Positions 1-13,490 of a stretch of DNA of 64,000 nucleotides are shown piece by piece. Source of the DNA: Hormiphora californensis (lineage: Eukaryota > Animalia > Ctenophora); NCBI GenBank assembly GCA_020137815.1, contig CM035353.1, positions 2,976,001-3,040,000 on the forward strand, given 5' to 3'. The notes under the pieces were generated by a model. The model did not search any database. It had not been told where the DNA came from and saw only the letters and a list, made by a program, of their open reading frames with translations. Position 1 is the first letter of the stretch; each line of letters begins with the position of its first letter. The position numbers and the translations under genes are program-made.

Positions 1-18
1 AAGAGAGGGAAAGATAGT

Positions 19-52
<34 letters not shown>

Positions 53-449
53 AAGAGAGAGAGAGAGGAGAAGAGTCGCTCTCTCGTCCTCTCCGAGTCG
101 TAGGTATCTCCTCTTCGCGCCTCTTCTTCTCTCTCTCTCTCTCCTCTCTCTCTTCTCCTCTCTCCTCCCTCTCTCTCTCTCTCTCTCTCGCTTCCTCTCT
201 CCTCCCTTTTCTCTCCCCTTTTCTCCTCTCCCCCTCTCCCTCTCTCTGGTTCGCTCTCTCCCTCCGCCTCTCGCCCTCGTCTTCTTCCTCTCTTCTTTTC
301 TTTTGTTACCCCTTTCCATATATTCGCTCTAGCCATATTCCTCCCCCTTTTCCCTTGTACCCCTTTTACCCGCCTTTCGCTTATTCCTCTTTTTGCTCTC
401 TGCTCTCTTTCCTTATTATTATTATCTGTGTGAAATTATTCGTACCGAT

Positions 450-2068
450 AGTTTGTTTCTATTAGATATGAGCGCCGCTTTTGACACAGTGGACCATGGA
501 AAGCTGCTAGAAGTTCTGGAAGAACGGTTTGGAGTGAAGGGTTCTGTCTTGGATTGGTTCGCCAACTATCTACAAATGAGGACTTATCGGGTAAACGTGG
601 AAGGGGAACTTTCGAGGATTGTCTCTCTGATTTGTGGAGTTCCGCAAGGTTCACTGCTTGGACCTGTGTTGTTTTTAACTGTATGTGGAGGAATTGCAAG
701 ATTTGGCCCAAACCGTATGGCTTAAGGATTAAACTTTATGCTGATGACTCGCAATTGTACATCGTTTTGTTCCAACTGATGAGGAAAACTGGAAACTGGC
801 AAAGGAGAGGACTGAGGAATGCTTGTCAAGTGTGAAGATGTATGAGTGAGCACTGGCTAAAGTGCAATGAGGCAAAGACTGATTCCTGCTTTTTAGGCAA
901 AAACAGCGCCCTGGATAAGATGGTCTATCAGCCCACTGTGGACTTTGGTGGAGTGGAGATAAGCCCAGTGGACTTTACGGGAGGACAGAGTACAGGGAAA
1001 ACACAGAGTGTTCCTTGATAGCAACCTCTCTATGGAGAGGCAAATCAACAGTGTTAAGAGGCAATGTGGTTTGTTGTTGAAGAATCTATGGCAGGTAAAC
1101 CGGTGTCTAGATAGATCGACGAAGATTCTCCTTGTTAAGCAGCTCATCATTTCAAGACTGGATTATTGTAATATCCTTTACCATGGCTTACCTAAGAAGC
1201 TTCTCAACAGCCTTCAGAGAGTCTTGAACTCGTGTGTCAGATTTGTTTATGGCCTACATGGTCACCAAGACACCTACATGCCATACTTGAAAGAATTGCA
1301 TGTTCTTCCTGTGGAACAACGAGTCACGTTCAAAGCATGCCTTATGGCGTACAAGATTGTACATGGATTGGCCCCTGACTACCTGCAAGATCAGGTCCCT
1401 GTTGATGATGGACTTCATGTGATCCGGTCTACTAGAGGAAATGCTTGGCCTGATGGCCTCAAGCTGAAGTACCCTAAGCTATCAAGTGTCAACGCGACTT
1501 CCAAGTTGAGAAGAAGACGTCCGTCGGTTTACCTGCCTGAAGTCTGGAATAGGCTTCCCCTTGATCTGAGAGCTGTTGAGTCTGTGGAATCTTTCAAGTC
1601 TAAGCTCAAGACTAGTCTTTTCACTGAGGCTTTTGGTGAGACTGGACTGTCCTCTTAACACTCTCCTTCTTGCTGAGGTATGTGCTCTGGCTGGTACCCG
1701 TTTTTAATTATTTTTCTGTATTTAAGCTCGTGGCGAGCAGAAGTGTGAAGCATAAATTGGGGTTTTTTCATAGCACGAGTGTTTTTCTGTGTTTCCAATA
1801 TACGGACTTTTATATCATTTTTTAGAGTTCCAGGACTCTAACTCAGTCTGTTATGTAATCAGTCACCGATAGTTATGTGAGCCGATAGTAATGTGAGCCG
1901 GTGTAATTTTTCTTTATTATTTTTTGTTCTATTAGGGATAAGTTGGCGAGGTCTTACCAGTATATTAACCGTTCAGATCATCCTTCAGTGACAGCAGCAG
2001 TTTCGCTGCTCTGTCCCTGTCGGATATGGGCGGAATATAAACATAGTTATTATTATTATTATTATTAT
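450..2068 (+). mobile_element. Non-LTR retrotransposon (L2/CR1 group), RT-containing 3' part of ORF2, 3' UTR and (TAT)n tail; frameshifted in its 5' half
   Basis: RT motifs LDMSAAFDTVDH, GVPQGSLLGPVLF and KLYADDSQLY in shifting frames. Open C-terminal ORF 1008-1658 has RLDYCN...LQRVLNSCVRFV...LHVLPVEQRVTFK, typical of L2-like ORF2. Stem-loop 1990-2015; TTA/TAT tail 2047-2068. Confidence 0.9.
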
Positions 2069-3090
2069 CCTCTGTGTGCGGGGAAGAGATTTGCGGAGAT
2101 TACTATCAGCACCACAAAACAGCAATTCAGAACGGTAAACAGTTTCAGTGTTTGAATTTCTACGGTAAACAGTTTCGCATCACTGATTCTACGTACGTTT
2201 TTGCTTGTAAAAGAATTTCCTTATCAATATTTACATGCAGCCGGGGCACGTCTAAATATGTTTTACGGTGCAGTTTATCTAGCAGAATAGGAGAGAGGGA
2301 AATCATGCGACTCTCACTGAGATCACGAGATGAAGACAGCTTGGGCTAGAAAACAAATATTTATATGCGTTTCCAGGTGAAATCGGGTATCACGAGGTAA
2401 ATCAGGAATATATATCCAGACATATTCAAGGATCTGCAATTAGTTAATCTACCGATCCCTCACAGAGCGATTACAGTGCAGATTACATTGCTACAAAAGA
2501 TCTGCAAAATAAAACACTTAAAAATACTAGAGACTTTAGCACATATCATATAGATGCATAAAATCATATAGATGTAAAATCATTTTGCCGCTATGACACT
2601 TAAATGTTGCACAGAGTTGAGATCAAAGGAAGAGAGCGATATATTAGTCTTCCAAAAAGAAACAATATAATATTAAAGACTAGAGTGATTATATTATTGG
2701 AGTATATTCACGAGGGATCAAAAAGAGAGAAAAAACTATATATGAGATGGATCTCTAAATAATACCCTTCTATTTCCAAAATATGAAGAACCAATTCAAC
2801 CAGACGAGTATTACAGGGCATGTCTAGATCTATACATATCATTTAAGATCTCTCCCATATCACTCACAATTTGAGACAGTTGTAATATATCATAACTCTG
2901 GCTCGAATCCAAAAATTCAAAACAATTTTTCAACTAGGCAAACATATATACATATCTACATATAGAGGAAGTAATTTTGATATCTCCTTCTGGTGATCAA
3001 CTCACACACACGCCCTCTGTACAACAGTTTTAATGGGGAATCTCACACATACACGGGCAGAACTCGGTTAAGGAGAGATTAATTAGTATT

Positions 3091-3272
3091 CTGAATAATG
3101 AGTTCAGAGCAAGAATTAAATAGGGAAGAAAATCGAAAAATACTGGGTTTGACCGGGAATTGAACCAGGGACCTCCAGAGAGACATGCTCGGAGCTATAA
3201 ACCACTAAGCTACCAAACCCTATTTTTCGATTTTCTTCCCTTTTTAATTCTTGCTCTGAACTCATTATTCAG
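3091..3272. mobile_element. MITE-like element with ~52-bp inverted arms enclosing a tRNA-like core
   Basis: 3091-3142 (ctgaataatgagttcagagcaagaattaaatagggaagaaaatcgaaaaata) is the reverse complement of 3221-3272 with 1 mismatch. Confidence 0.85.
3145..3220 (-). pseudogene. tRNA-like (pseudo-tRNA or SINE-head-like) sequence
   Basis: Minus strand reads GGGTTTGG TA GCT TAGTGGTTTAT AGC T CCGAG CATGTCT CTCTGG AGGTC CCTGG TTCAATT CCCGG TCAAACCC. It has an acceptor stem, A box (TAGCTTAGTGG) and B box (GGTTCAATTCC). The anticodon arm is irregular (bulge, no U33). Confidence 0.7.
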
Positions 3273-4274
3273 TATCTACATATATATATATACATATGGC
3301 CAATATATTATATGCAGTGGTTATACAATTTTTATATTTGTTCACTCACCCGTTTCCGGTTTTCGACATGACTGCACCAAGAAAAAACGAACTGATTACG
3401 TTCCCCAGGTCTAAGCCGCGGTATTTGTATTGTAAATACGCTTTTCAAATAATTGCTATGAGTATATTGAATTACGTAATAAGCTACAGAAGAAGGTTCA
3501 TTGACAAAAAGTTCATTGACAAAAGTGTACAGAGCAGCTCTAGTGTGGTATACTGTATATCTTGTTTGATACTGTGAGATGTGCATGTGAACTCAGAGTG
3601 TATGTAGAGAGAGAGAAAGAGGAGAGAAAGTCTAGAGAAGATCTATGATAGAGGAGATATAGTAGAGAGAGAATAGATAGAGATTAGAGATAGGACTCGT
3701 CTCGCTAGTCAGCTCTGATAGCTCGCGCTCCTCGCTATCTCTATCTGCTGCTACGCGCTGCTCTCTGCTCTCTCGCGCTCTGCTCTCTCGTGCTCCGCTC
3801 TCGATTCGCTAATCTCTCTCTTCTCCTGTTCCTCGCTCTAGCCAGAGTAGAGAGCCAGATTAGTGTGAGCAGCTGTCGAAATGGATGAAGTACTGATACC
3901 TAACTCTAACACAAGATTTCTGTACAAAACATATGATCTGATATTATATAGAGGTCTATAAACTTGAATAGATTCAAGATTCAAACTAAATATTTGAATA
4001 CCATATATAAGAAGGTTAAACATTTAAATACTATATATATATATATATATATATAAGAAGCTGTGAACACCTACACGCTCAGCGTATAGAACAGAACACA
4101 TAATATGTGATATAACCTGACGCGTGTCCTATGCAGGTGGCACGGCTCACATCCCCCTTGATCTGCCGAACAGAAGACATTTTATAGTGTGAGAGCTACC
4201 ATGCATGCCCCACCCCTTACATTATATTACATTGGACAGCTTCATGACATGACCACCCCTGCACACACTATAGT

Positions 4275-4308
4275 GTCTAGATAGTTCAGTATACTGAACT
4301 ATCTAGAC
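4275..4308. repeat. Perfect 34-bp palindrome
   Basis: gtctagatagttcagta|tactgaactatctagac. Confidence 0.85.
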
Positions 4309-4452
4309 GTGAAGTGACTGCAAGAATCGAGTCTCTACATACATATAGCATAGAAGTATGCATATATATATTGGTGATTCCGCGCCAGGATATATATGTT
4401 ATATATTCGACACTATATATATGTGTATATAATACTATATTATATAAGTACA

Positions 4453-4497
<45 letters not shown>

Positions 4498-4767
4498 CTA
4501 TATATTTGCATATCTTTTCTATATACTTTACAGTTTTTCTGTCAGCTGCCGTAGCTTTCAGAATTCGGCAAAAAACATATCATATATTTACTAAAACATA
4601 TGTCATATATCATATATCTACTCTCTATACCGAATACTGGACTTTGTAATATTGATACGTACAAGCTACAAGCGAGTACCAATAGATAACACATTTGTGA
4701 TACGAGGCATATTTCATGAGTCTCAGAAAAAAAGGATATAATAATAGAGAGAGAGAGAGAGGAGAGA

Positions 4768-4823
<56 letters not shown>

Positions 4824-5035
4824 GAGACATATTAAACATGATGATTATCATGATATTAATATTATATTAGCACGAACACGGCTTTAATGTACCAGTTATA
4901 AACAACTTAATTACGTACTAGCTGGCACTGCAGGACAATATCAAGAAATATTACAGTTTAATCAATGTGTGATATACTAATTAGATACTAATTATAAGTG
5001 CTATAATTAGGTATGCTAATTAGGTAATTACTTAC

Positions 5036-5340
5036 AGTGCAGCGTGTTCCTCCGCCTCGCTCCTCCAACTGCTCCCCTCTGGTATGGTAGTGCAACTGCT
5101 AGGTCTCCTGCACCCCTTCATCCCCTTCACCCCACCCGGTCCTCCTCCTCCATCGGTTACAGGACTCCGGGGTGTCTCAATTCCACCCACAATATTCCCC
5201 GGTGCCGTCTTGCTCATCTCTCTCTCCGGGGGTATAAACCGGTATATACCACGGATGTTCTCGGCTCGGGCGAGCCCATAACGCTGGTTCCCCCGAGATC
5301 GGGCGTTCCTAGACCGGTTCAAGGATGCCGCTACTATCAT
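5036..5340 (-). CDS. Candidate coding exon, low-complexity protein of unknown function
   Basis: GC-richer ~100-codon open frame in AT-rich surroundings, ending at canonical donor CT|GTAAGT (5035). No recognisable domain; 5' boundary uncertain. Confidence 0.35.
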
Positions 5341-6405
5341 AGTACAATCATCATCATGGCATCAAGCCGGGGAGATTCAAGTATAGTTGCAGCTTCTCGC
5401 TATACAGTCCTTTATATATATTAGGGAATAATTGATTGTGGTTAATGGGTTATAAATACAAATCGGTATAATTTATGCGCTATATAAGCTAAGCAAAGCC
5501 ATAATTTTTCAATGGTTTAATTGGTAAAATATATTCTAATTTTATAATTTATTGCATTATATGATTCTGCTCAATGACAACGATTCAAATAATATACGCA
5601 GTACCGTGCAGAACTAAAGTTTGGCACTAAAGTTGTACAAACAACCGATTAGCTAAGCCTTTATATCTACCAGAGGGGGGGGATCTACCAGAGGGGGTCT
5701 ACCAATTGCTGGGATATGTGCAGGTGAGCACTGGGGCTCTATTATATTTCCCTCACTGTCACATACTCAATAAATAGTTTTTATATTGGAGCGTCTGAAG
5801 TAACATGCTCTGCATAAACTGATTGGTGGGTGGGCCTTGGGCTACGGGGCGGGTGTAGACGTGCCGGGCGCCTAATAAGCGTGCTCGGTGCTGGCCCAGC
5901 CGGCCCTACTTTCGGGTCCGGATCAGTCGCTCAGCGCAGCACTAACAAACAAACAAGCCTTTATATCTAAAGCTCTGCAACCTATAAAAACATCAATTGA
6001 AATTTAGCAATGTCAACGAGTGAAGGCCAACTTAAAAAATTGGTTAACCTCACCAATTATATAAGGCCTCAAGTGAAACCACAATGCAAGTACTTCTGAA
6101 GTCTACTAGCATCTAGAAGTCTAGCTACAACATCATCCAAATATACGGAGAATCAGGCGGAAGTGAGTGCATGCATTACTGTCTTCTTACTAGCGTTTAA
6201 TATTATACATCGTGGGAGATGCGTTGAAGTCCTAGTCGGGGTTCTTGAGCAAGCTAAATTTCTCTCAGGATTATGGTGCCGTGGTCTGACTCCTCTCTCC
6301 TTTTCTACACCTCTTCTCTCTCTCTCTATCTCTCTACTTCTCTCTCTCCTCCTCTCTCTCTCTCCTCTCTCTCTCTCATCATCATCCTCTCGCATCGTCA
6401 TCTCT

Positions 6406-6448
<43 letters not shown>

Positions 6449-7104
6449 ATCTTTCTCTGCCTATCTTTCTAATTGCTCACTAGTCTCTATAAAGACAACA
6501 GGACAGATGAATAGAAAGATGGAGTGGCCTCTAGTAGGAATCCTAATTTCTAGATTAGAACTAGTAATCTAGCCATTGCTGTGTGTGCGTTTGCATGCAA
6601 TCTCCTATATGCAGCCAATTACTATTACTGGCAGTATAAGTACTGCAGCACTATTGATGACGTTTTACAGTTATATAATGCTGTAATTGCACTAAGATCG
6701 ATTAGATTCGATACACTGTTATTAGTTTCTATAAACAAAACTATAGGGACAATGTTGGGCACGTCGCGCCCCTCATGTTCGCGCGCCCGCTACGCGGGCA
6801 AGGCACAATGACAGTGGGCCGGCACCCATCATAATATTAGGCAGTTCTCAAAAAGATGCATTCTCTCAAAAAGAGCCGTTGAAGTTGAACTGCATGTTCC
6901 TAATCATGCTAATAGACGATCGGTATGTTGTGTACCATGTGGACATACATATTGCCGTACATATATTGGACTGCTGCAGCAGGAGCGTATCTAGAGTTGT
7001 AGTAAACGAAAAACGGGAAGAATTAGCTAGGCAATCTTTCTGAGAGAGAGGATAGAGGAGAAGGGACCAAGAGATAGAGAGAAGATAGGGAGAGAGAGAG
7101 AGAG

Positions 7105-7141
<37 letters not shown>

Positions 7142-8461
7142 ATAGAGATGAGAGAGGAGCGCGAGCAGAAGAATATGCGCAGATATTCGCGATAGAGAGA
7201 GCCGAAGACGATAGAGATATAGAGCAGAGATGATATAAGTGGAGATCTAGCGAGCAGCGAGATAGATAATATGATGATGAGAGCGAGATATACGACGGTC
7301 GGCCGCAGATCAGATATATAGATAAGAGAGAGAGCGAGAGATAGAGAGTCGAAGCGAGGATAGCTAATATCGTCGATACTCTCTCATAGCTATCTCACAG
7401 AGCAGAGGAGCTCGACTACTCGCGTCTCTAGAGTCTCTATATAGCCTCCTCGCAGCCTCGCTCTCTCTCGTAGCATCTCCATCGCACATCACCCCAAATC
7501 CTCTCCGTCTCTCGTCTAGAAAAGATGGGTTAGAATCCCTCTAGAAATAGAACCCCGTGATAGTGGAGAAGGGGTCTCAGCGGGGGTTTTTATAGTTTTT
7601 TTTTTTTTTTTTTTTTCCCCTCCCTTCCTCGCCCCCCCTACCCCCTTTCCCCCCCCTCTCCACCCTCTTCCCTCGCCTATCCCTCCCCCCTCCCTCTTGC
7701 CTTACCCCCATCTTTGTCCGTCTGTCCCGCCCGTTTCTGCCAGACAATGAGACAAATACAATGATTTAACAGAAGATCGAAAACAGGAGAAAGGGGCATG
7801 ATGTATCAAGCTTTCTTACTTCTTTTCCCCTTCCTTTTCCCTTCTTGTCTGCCCCCACCTTCAGTCCTCGCACTCCCTTCGACGCGCCCAACACGGCCGC
7901 CAGGTGGTACCTCCTCTTTCCTCTCCTACCCCAAAAAAATCAAAAACAAACAACCCACCCCCTGTATCATATCCGGCCCAAACCTCCACCCTACCAGGTC
8001 CCCCGGGCAGCCCTTACCGATGCACCCCCCATCCCCGGGTCCCTAACATACACAAACCCGTCAATGTACAATACAGCAGTCACGAACCACACCCCCCCAC
8101 CCTCCTCACATCCCCATCCACCCAGTCCAACCGCCCCCATACGCTCCATTCTCCTTCAGATACGAACACCCCTTCTTTCCCTACTTACTACCTATCTTTC
8201 CCCTTCTCCATTCTTCCTGCTGCTTTCTCCGGTCCTCTCCCCCCGGCCCCTCTTTTCTATGCCAGCCGCCCTTTCCTCTACTATGCATTCCTCTACTTAC
8301 CATTTCAGATACTTCCTACACATTGGACGACTTAATGTATACTTAACTACTATTCTTTATCTTGTTATTTTCTAACCCTCCTTTACATTTGTAAAGTGCC
8401 TTTTCTCTTCCTCGCCCGAGACACGTCGAGCTTAGTGGGCAACAGCGTATCATATCCACAA

Positions 8462-8572
8462 CAGACCGACCGAATCAATCAGGAAATACTGGTCCCTGAT
8501 TGGCTGATAACCAGTCACGTGACCTAAATAACGAGTTCTGATTGGTTATTTACTTGTTTCGGTCGGTTCCTG
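8462..8572. mobile_element. ~110-bp hAT-like MITE copy (CAGGAACCGACCGAA TIR family)
   Basis: Matches copies at 12985, 47351 and 55998; core ccaatcagaactcgttatttaggtcacgtgactggttatcagccaatcagg. Confidence 0.85.
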
Positions 8573-9052
8573 CGGCACAATCTGTCGAAGGGCAAAGTAT
8601 TTGTAGCAATGTTATGTATGTACATGTGTAGTATTTTCTAGTAGGTGCTAATATTAAGCCGACAAAGAGAATGTGTAAGTATTGGGTTATAGTTGAGAGT
8701 CGAAAGAGAAAGTCAGTAAATGTGTCACAAAGCACTGTATATAGTGTTTACTACCTGCTCAGTGCGCAGCCGTCAGAGGCAATGCTCTGACCGTACGGTT
8801 CTGATCGCACGTGCTTTATTTGAAAGAAATGAAATATAGCTCATGGTGCTGGTGTTAAATTGTTGACGTACAATTATATGTATAGTAGTGGTGTTGATGA
8901 ACACGATCGCAATGATCCAAGCTTTCATGAATTAACCAATATATACCAGGCCACGAGGGGGCTGCTGGCCAGACTGCAAGAATGGGTACAAGATTTTCAT
9001 GTATATCAATAAAGGTACGTTTTCAATCAGAGTACCGAAGAAAACTGGAGAC

Positions 9053-9156
9053 CGGAACCGACCGAAAAAAGAAAAAACCAATCAGAACTCTTTTTGGGGT
9101 CACGTGAGGTTAATACCAATCGGGACCATTTTTCCCCTGATTCGTGGGGTTCCTGT
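9053..9156. mobile_element. Error-laden copy of the same hAT-like MITE
   Basis: ggaaccgaccgaaa...ccaatcagaactc...ggtcacgtga...ctgattcg...ggttcctg; differences from other copies are mostly homopolymer expansions. Confidence 0.7.
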
Positions 9157-9180
9157 GGAGAGGGTTTATACAGCTTCAAC

Positions 9181-9321
9181 TGTCAAACCTCGATTTACCG
9201 GACCTTCGATTCAGTAGACCTTCGATTAACCAGATGTATATTTCTCATATATTTAGTATAATTTGAGTGAAATAAAACCTTAACCTTCCCCGAGGAGACC
9301 CCGATAAATCGAGGTTTGACA
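9181..9321. mobile_element. MITE with 17-bp TIR (pogo/Tc1-like family, related to 39184-39367)
   Basis: tgtcaaacctcgattta ... taaatcgaggtttgaca. Confidence 0.7.
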
Positions 9322-10755
9322 TCGCCAAAAAGCATCAAACTAAAATAGCAGATATGAGAGGGTCTAAGGTTCCAAAAAAAAAGATACTTGTTTCCCCCCC
9401 GAGTAAATCATTTCCCCCGTTATCTACTACTACAAACTAATAAAAGCATATAAAACCAGTTTAATTTTCGGTTCATAAAAAAAACTTTTCCATTTTAAAT
9501 GATTATGAACGACAGTGATCTGCTACCAAGACACATGTAAAAGATCTCAACTTTACCACGTGAGATGGTGGGATCTATTTAAATGAGAGATATTTATAGG
9601 CCCCCATTGACAAGACTTTTTAACGGACAACCCTTAGCCAAAGCTCTGACAACCTGCCATACTAAGGGGGGGGCTCGCCATTTCTTTACATATCAGGGCC
9701 CAGAAGATTTCCCCCGCGGATGGCTTTTTGCGCCTAAATCGCGCTCGAATCAAAATTTTTAAACGAGGAAACTTTTGATCTTTATGTTTTGGCGGTTCAA
9801 TGCCATATAATTGTATAGAGGGAGGGGGAACAATAATCGTTTTTCCAAAACAATTAAAGGCGAGCGATATATTTATTAGATGAAAAAAGCGCATTCCCCT
9901 AAAACTCATCTTGTATTATACCGCACAGGTAAAGGGAGGATCAATATTGTGTGTGCTACTACTACTACGCCGCGAGACACGTTTTACTTTGTACGTCAAC
10001 ACGTGAGCCATGTTACAGTTAAACAGTTCTGTAGATACTATGTTCCCCTTGTTTGACGGCCTCCTCTCACCTATACTACATAGATGTGTTCCAGCTCGAG
10101 TAAATCACAAAGAAACGAAAATTCCCTCTGCACTAAATTTTAATCAAATAAAGTGGAGTTAAAAGGGGGGTGGAAAGCGATTCGGTGGTTAAAACCAATG
10201 CAAAATTTTTCCCCCACGTGTGTGTTTTTCCCCCCCCCTTTTCCCTCTCCCTTTTCTCCTTCTCTTCCCCTTTCTCTCCTCTCTCTCTCTTTTCCTTTTC
10301 CTCTTTCCCCTCTTTCCCCCCTCTCTCCCCCTTCCCCCTCTCCTTCTTTCCCTCCTCTCTCTCTCTCTCTCTCCCCCTTTTGCTTTTTCTCTGTCCCCCC
10401 CTCTCCTCTCTCTTCCCCCCGCTCTTCTCTCTCCCTCTCTCTTTCCCTTTTTTTTTTTTAATTTTCAAGGGTGTTTATTAAGAAACCCCTTCTTTTGAAG
10501 TGACACATGGTAAGGGACCTTTGCTCCCAAAGAGGTAAGTACAGAGCTGAATAGTTTAACACTAAACCCTTAAAACTATAAACCCTACATACAAAAACCG
10601 CCGTCCTTGCCCGATTTTCGCACGACTGTTTTCCCCCCAAAAAGGCCAAAAACTCGATTTCCAAACATGAGCATTTTTAAAACTAATGGGGAAAAGCTGC
10701 GCCCGGGGGTAAAGATCCCAAAAAGGGTTAAGTATGAAAGGAACTTAATACAAAC

Positions 10756-11350
10756 CCCCTCCCGCGGGGCACTATTAAAATAGACGCACTTTCAGGCAGT
10801 TCTCTATTACTGTAAGCACGGGGCCCAAGGGACCCGTGCGTTACAGCCCTTTAAATCCGACGTCAGCGAGGGGTTTACAGGGGTTTCCCGCACAAAGGAG
10901 GGGGTTGGTTCTATGACCCCGCTGGCGGACCTAGGGCCCCAAAAACAAAGCACAAATTAGTGTTGAACACAGAGAAGCTCACACAAAACGGGTCAAAAGT
11001 TAGAAATAAAGTACAGAGTGCTCTCTACATTCTCCCACACTCGTAACAATCGTTTGTACAGTTTCAAAGCGTGGAAATGCAGAGAGAGAGTACAGTTAAT
11101 TGTGGGTCATGGCAACAGTTGCAACAGACGGGCGGGCGCCAATATTAGACAGAGAGCGTTGTAGTTGTACACAACCCCCTCTTGATTAACCCAAGTATTT
11201 TAGTGTTTCCAGTAAAAATTCCCTTTGTGACCCTTTACACAATCTGTCAGAGGGCGTCGTCTATCGAGACACAAACTGGCAGGCGTGCACGGCCCAATAG
11301 ACCAGTGCAAATTGTTTGAGCGCGCCGTGCGTCTATTTGAGCCGGCGGGG
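10756..11350. repeat. Dispersed ~600-bp repeat, copy 1 (copy 2 at 41527-42146)
   Basis: Collinear shared blocks, e.g. ccctcccgcg.gggcactatt, gctcacacaaaacgggtcaaa, cacactcgtaacaatcgtt, gggcgccaa...gacagagagcgtt. Confidence 0.75.
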
Positions 11351-12499
11351 TCTATATAGATGGAGATTGGAGCTAACGTTGGGAAATATGTGGTAGAGGA
11401 GGAGAGGAGTAAGGACATGCGATCATTAATTCATGCTAACGACACTTTTCCGGCACAATTTGTTCATTAATTAAGCATAAATTAGTTGAATTACCCGCAT
11501 TACATATTATATTTATAACTAGTATAACATCGCCGTATAATGAATCATCGGAATTTAAGTTCAGAATCGTAAAATCAGCGTAGCATCCAATTAAGAGCAA
11601 AATTAAGCTTACTTCACTGCCTGTTTTTCCAACTACAAACACACAATTTAAATGATATGCTATAAGTACTTATTTCCGTATAGCTGTCTTGTGGATATAT
11701 GTATGCTTGAACGATAGTCCTTCTAAGTTCTACTACCATACTAATGCATCGTATTTCGACATGGCTAATTGCTCAGAATTAAGTCACGTGGCAGATTCGA
11801 CTATTGGCCGAGCACGTGCCCGATCGACTATCAAGCAATGCAAATCGGTCGAGAAACGAGCTGCTGTCCATCAATATCTATCGTTAAAAAGAAAGCACGT
11901 TAGAATACCTTTTGGAGGGGTAGCAAATTCATTTGGGGACTATCATCAGGATAGGGACAATTATATCTGTCCTATAATCTGCCGTCCTATATAATCTAGT
12001 AGATAGTATCTATAATCTAGATATCAGATAGTATCTATAATAGATACTATCTAATAGGACGGCAATGGATTAGGAGTAAGTTATATAAGTATCTTATACT
12101 ACATAGAATATGTTACACCCAGATAGTTATAGACAATTATAGTAATTGTATATTTCAAGAGTTGTTACAAAACAGCTGTTGAAAAGAGGTTTTTCCAACT
12201 GCAAGGTAGAAAAGAACGTGAAGTAGCTTTATTCTAGAGGGCTTCAGAGCAAAGAATTGCCACAACAGCCGCGACACACAAATTACATTTAAGTCACATA
12301 ATTTAGGTATGAAGAATATAATCCTCGAGGAAGATGATAAAACAGGGAGCGGAATTCCAATTAAAATGTGGTCAAAAAGCCATTGTGAACAAGGCTATGG
12401 GAGCTGTTTCTTCTTAACAAGATAGAACCCTGCAATAACGGTGTTTCCTGATATATATGGAAAAAGGAGAGAATTCTATTACTGCAACTAGGCTGCTCT

Positions 12500-12526
12500 C
12501 TCGTTCTCTCTCCCTCTCTCTCTCCC

Positions 12527-12604
<78 letters not shown>
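12500..12604. repeat. (CT)n microsatellite
   Basis: Direct reading. Confidence 0.95.
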
Positions 12605-12607
<3 letters not shown>

Positions 12608-12984
12608 TGTCTGACTTTCGGCTGAGTCTGGCTGTCAGACACACCTACACAACTGCAGCTGTAGTAGCTGTCTGATATTCTTTCTGTTCGGCATAGCAGA
12701 AAAAAATTGAATACCTAGGAATTATTAAACGGGAGATATAATATCCCGGATATTTATATAATATTATGTTCATTTGAAGAAAGAGTAACTTTGATGTACA
12801 TAAGCTATCTAAGAAATGGATTTGCCTAGTTGCTTTTCCACCTGTAATTAAAGATGAAGGGGCAGTGATAATTTTCGTTGCCTTTTCAATTACTATCGTG
12901 GACTGGGGGCAAATCAAATATTAGAATATTATTTTCGATGAAGTATATTATTTTCACAGTTGTGCAACTATAGTTGCTCTCAAC

Positions 12985-13093
12985 CAGGAACCGACCAAAT
13001 CAGGAAATACTGGTCCCTGATTGGCTGATAACCAGTCACGTGACCTAAATAACGAGTTCTGATTGGTTGTTTACTTGTTTCGGTCGGTTCTTG
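12985..13093. mobile_element. hAT-like MITE copy with near-perfect 8-bp TSD
   Basis: caggaaccgacc...ggtcggttcttg flanked by ctctcaac / ctctcaaa. Confidence 0.85.
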
Positions 13094-13490
13094 CTCTCAA
13101 ACAGAACAGAAAAGGATAATGTTACGACATAGAACCATGTACAGCTATATATTTATATAAAGTACTAGCACTAGCCGCTGAGCAAGTACTTTCAAACACA
13201 CGGTAATTGTCAACACTTCATGAAGTGAAGCTATCATCTATCAGAATTCTGTAATACTATTATAGTAGTACTGTAGTATCTGCAACATCAACACACTGTA
13301 GTGCTTGCAAATAATGTATTAATTATCAAATGAAACATGCATGAAGTTTAGATGAGCTGATCGATCACGGATCACGGATCACGGATCAGTATGTATATGA
13401 AATCTGCGATTCTGGAGATAAGTATAATTGTACTCAACAACAAAAATACTCTTCTTCTCAATCACTATCTCGTTTATTAGAACCTATAAT

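Noticed and set aside
3145-3220. Functional tRNA gene
   Set aside because: Bulged anticodon stem, no U33 and a mismatch in the T stem; kept only as tRNA-like.
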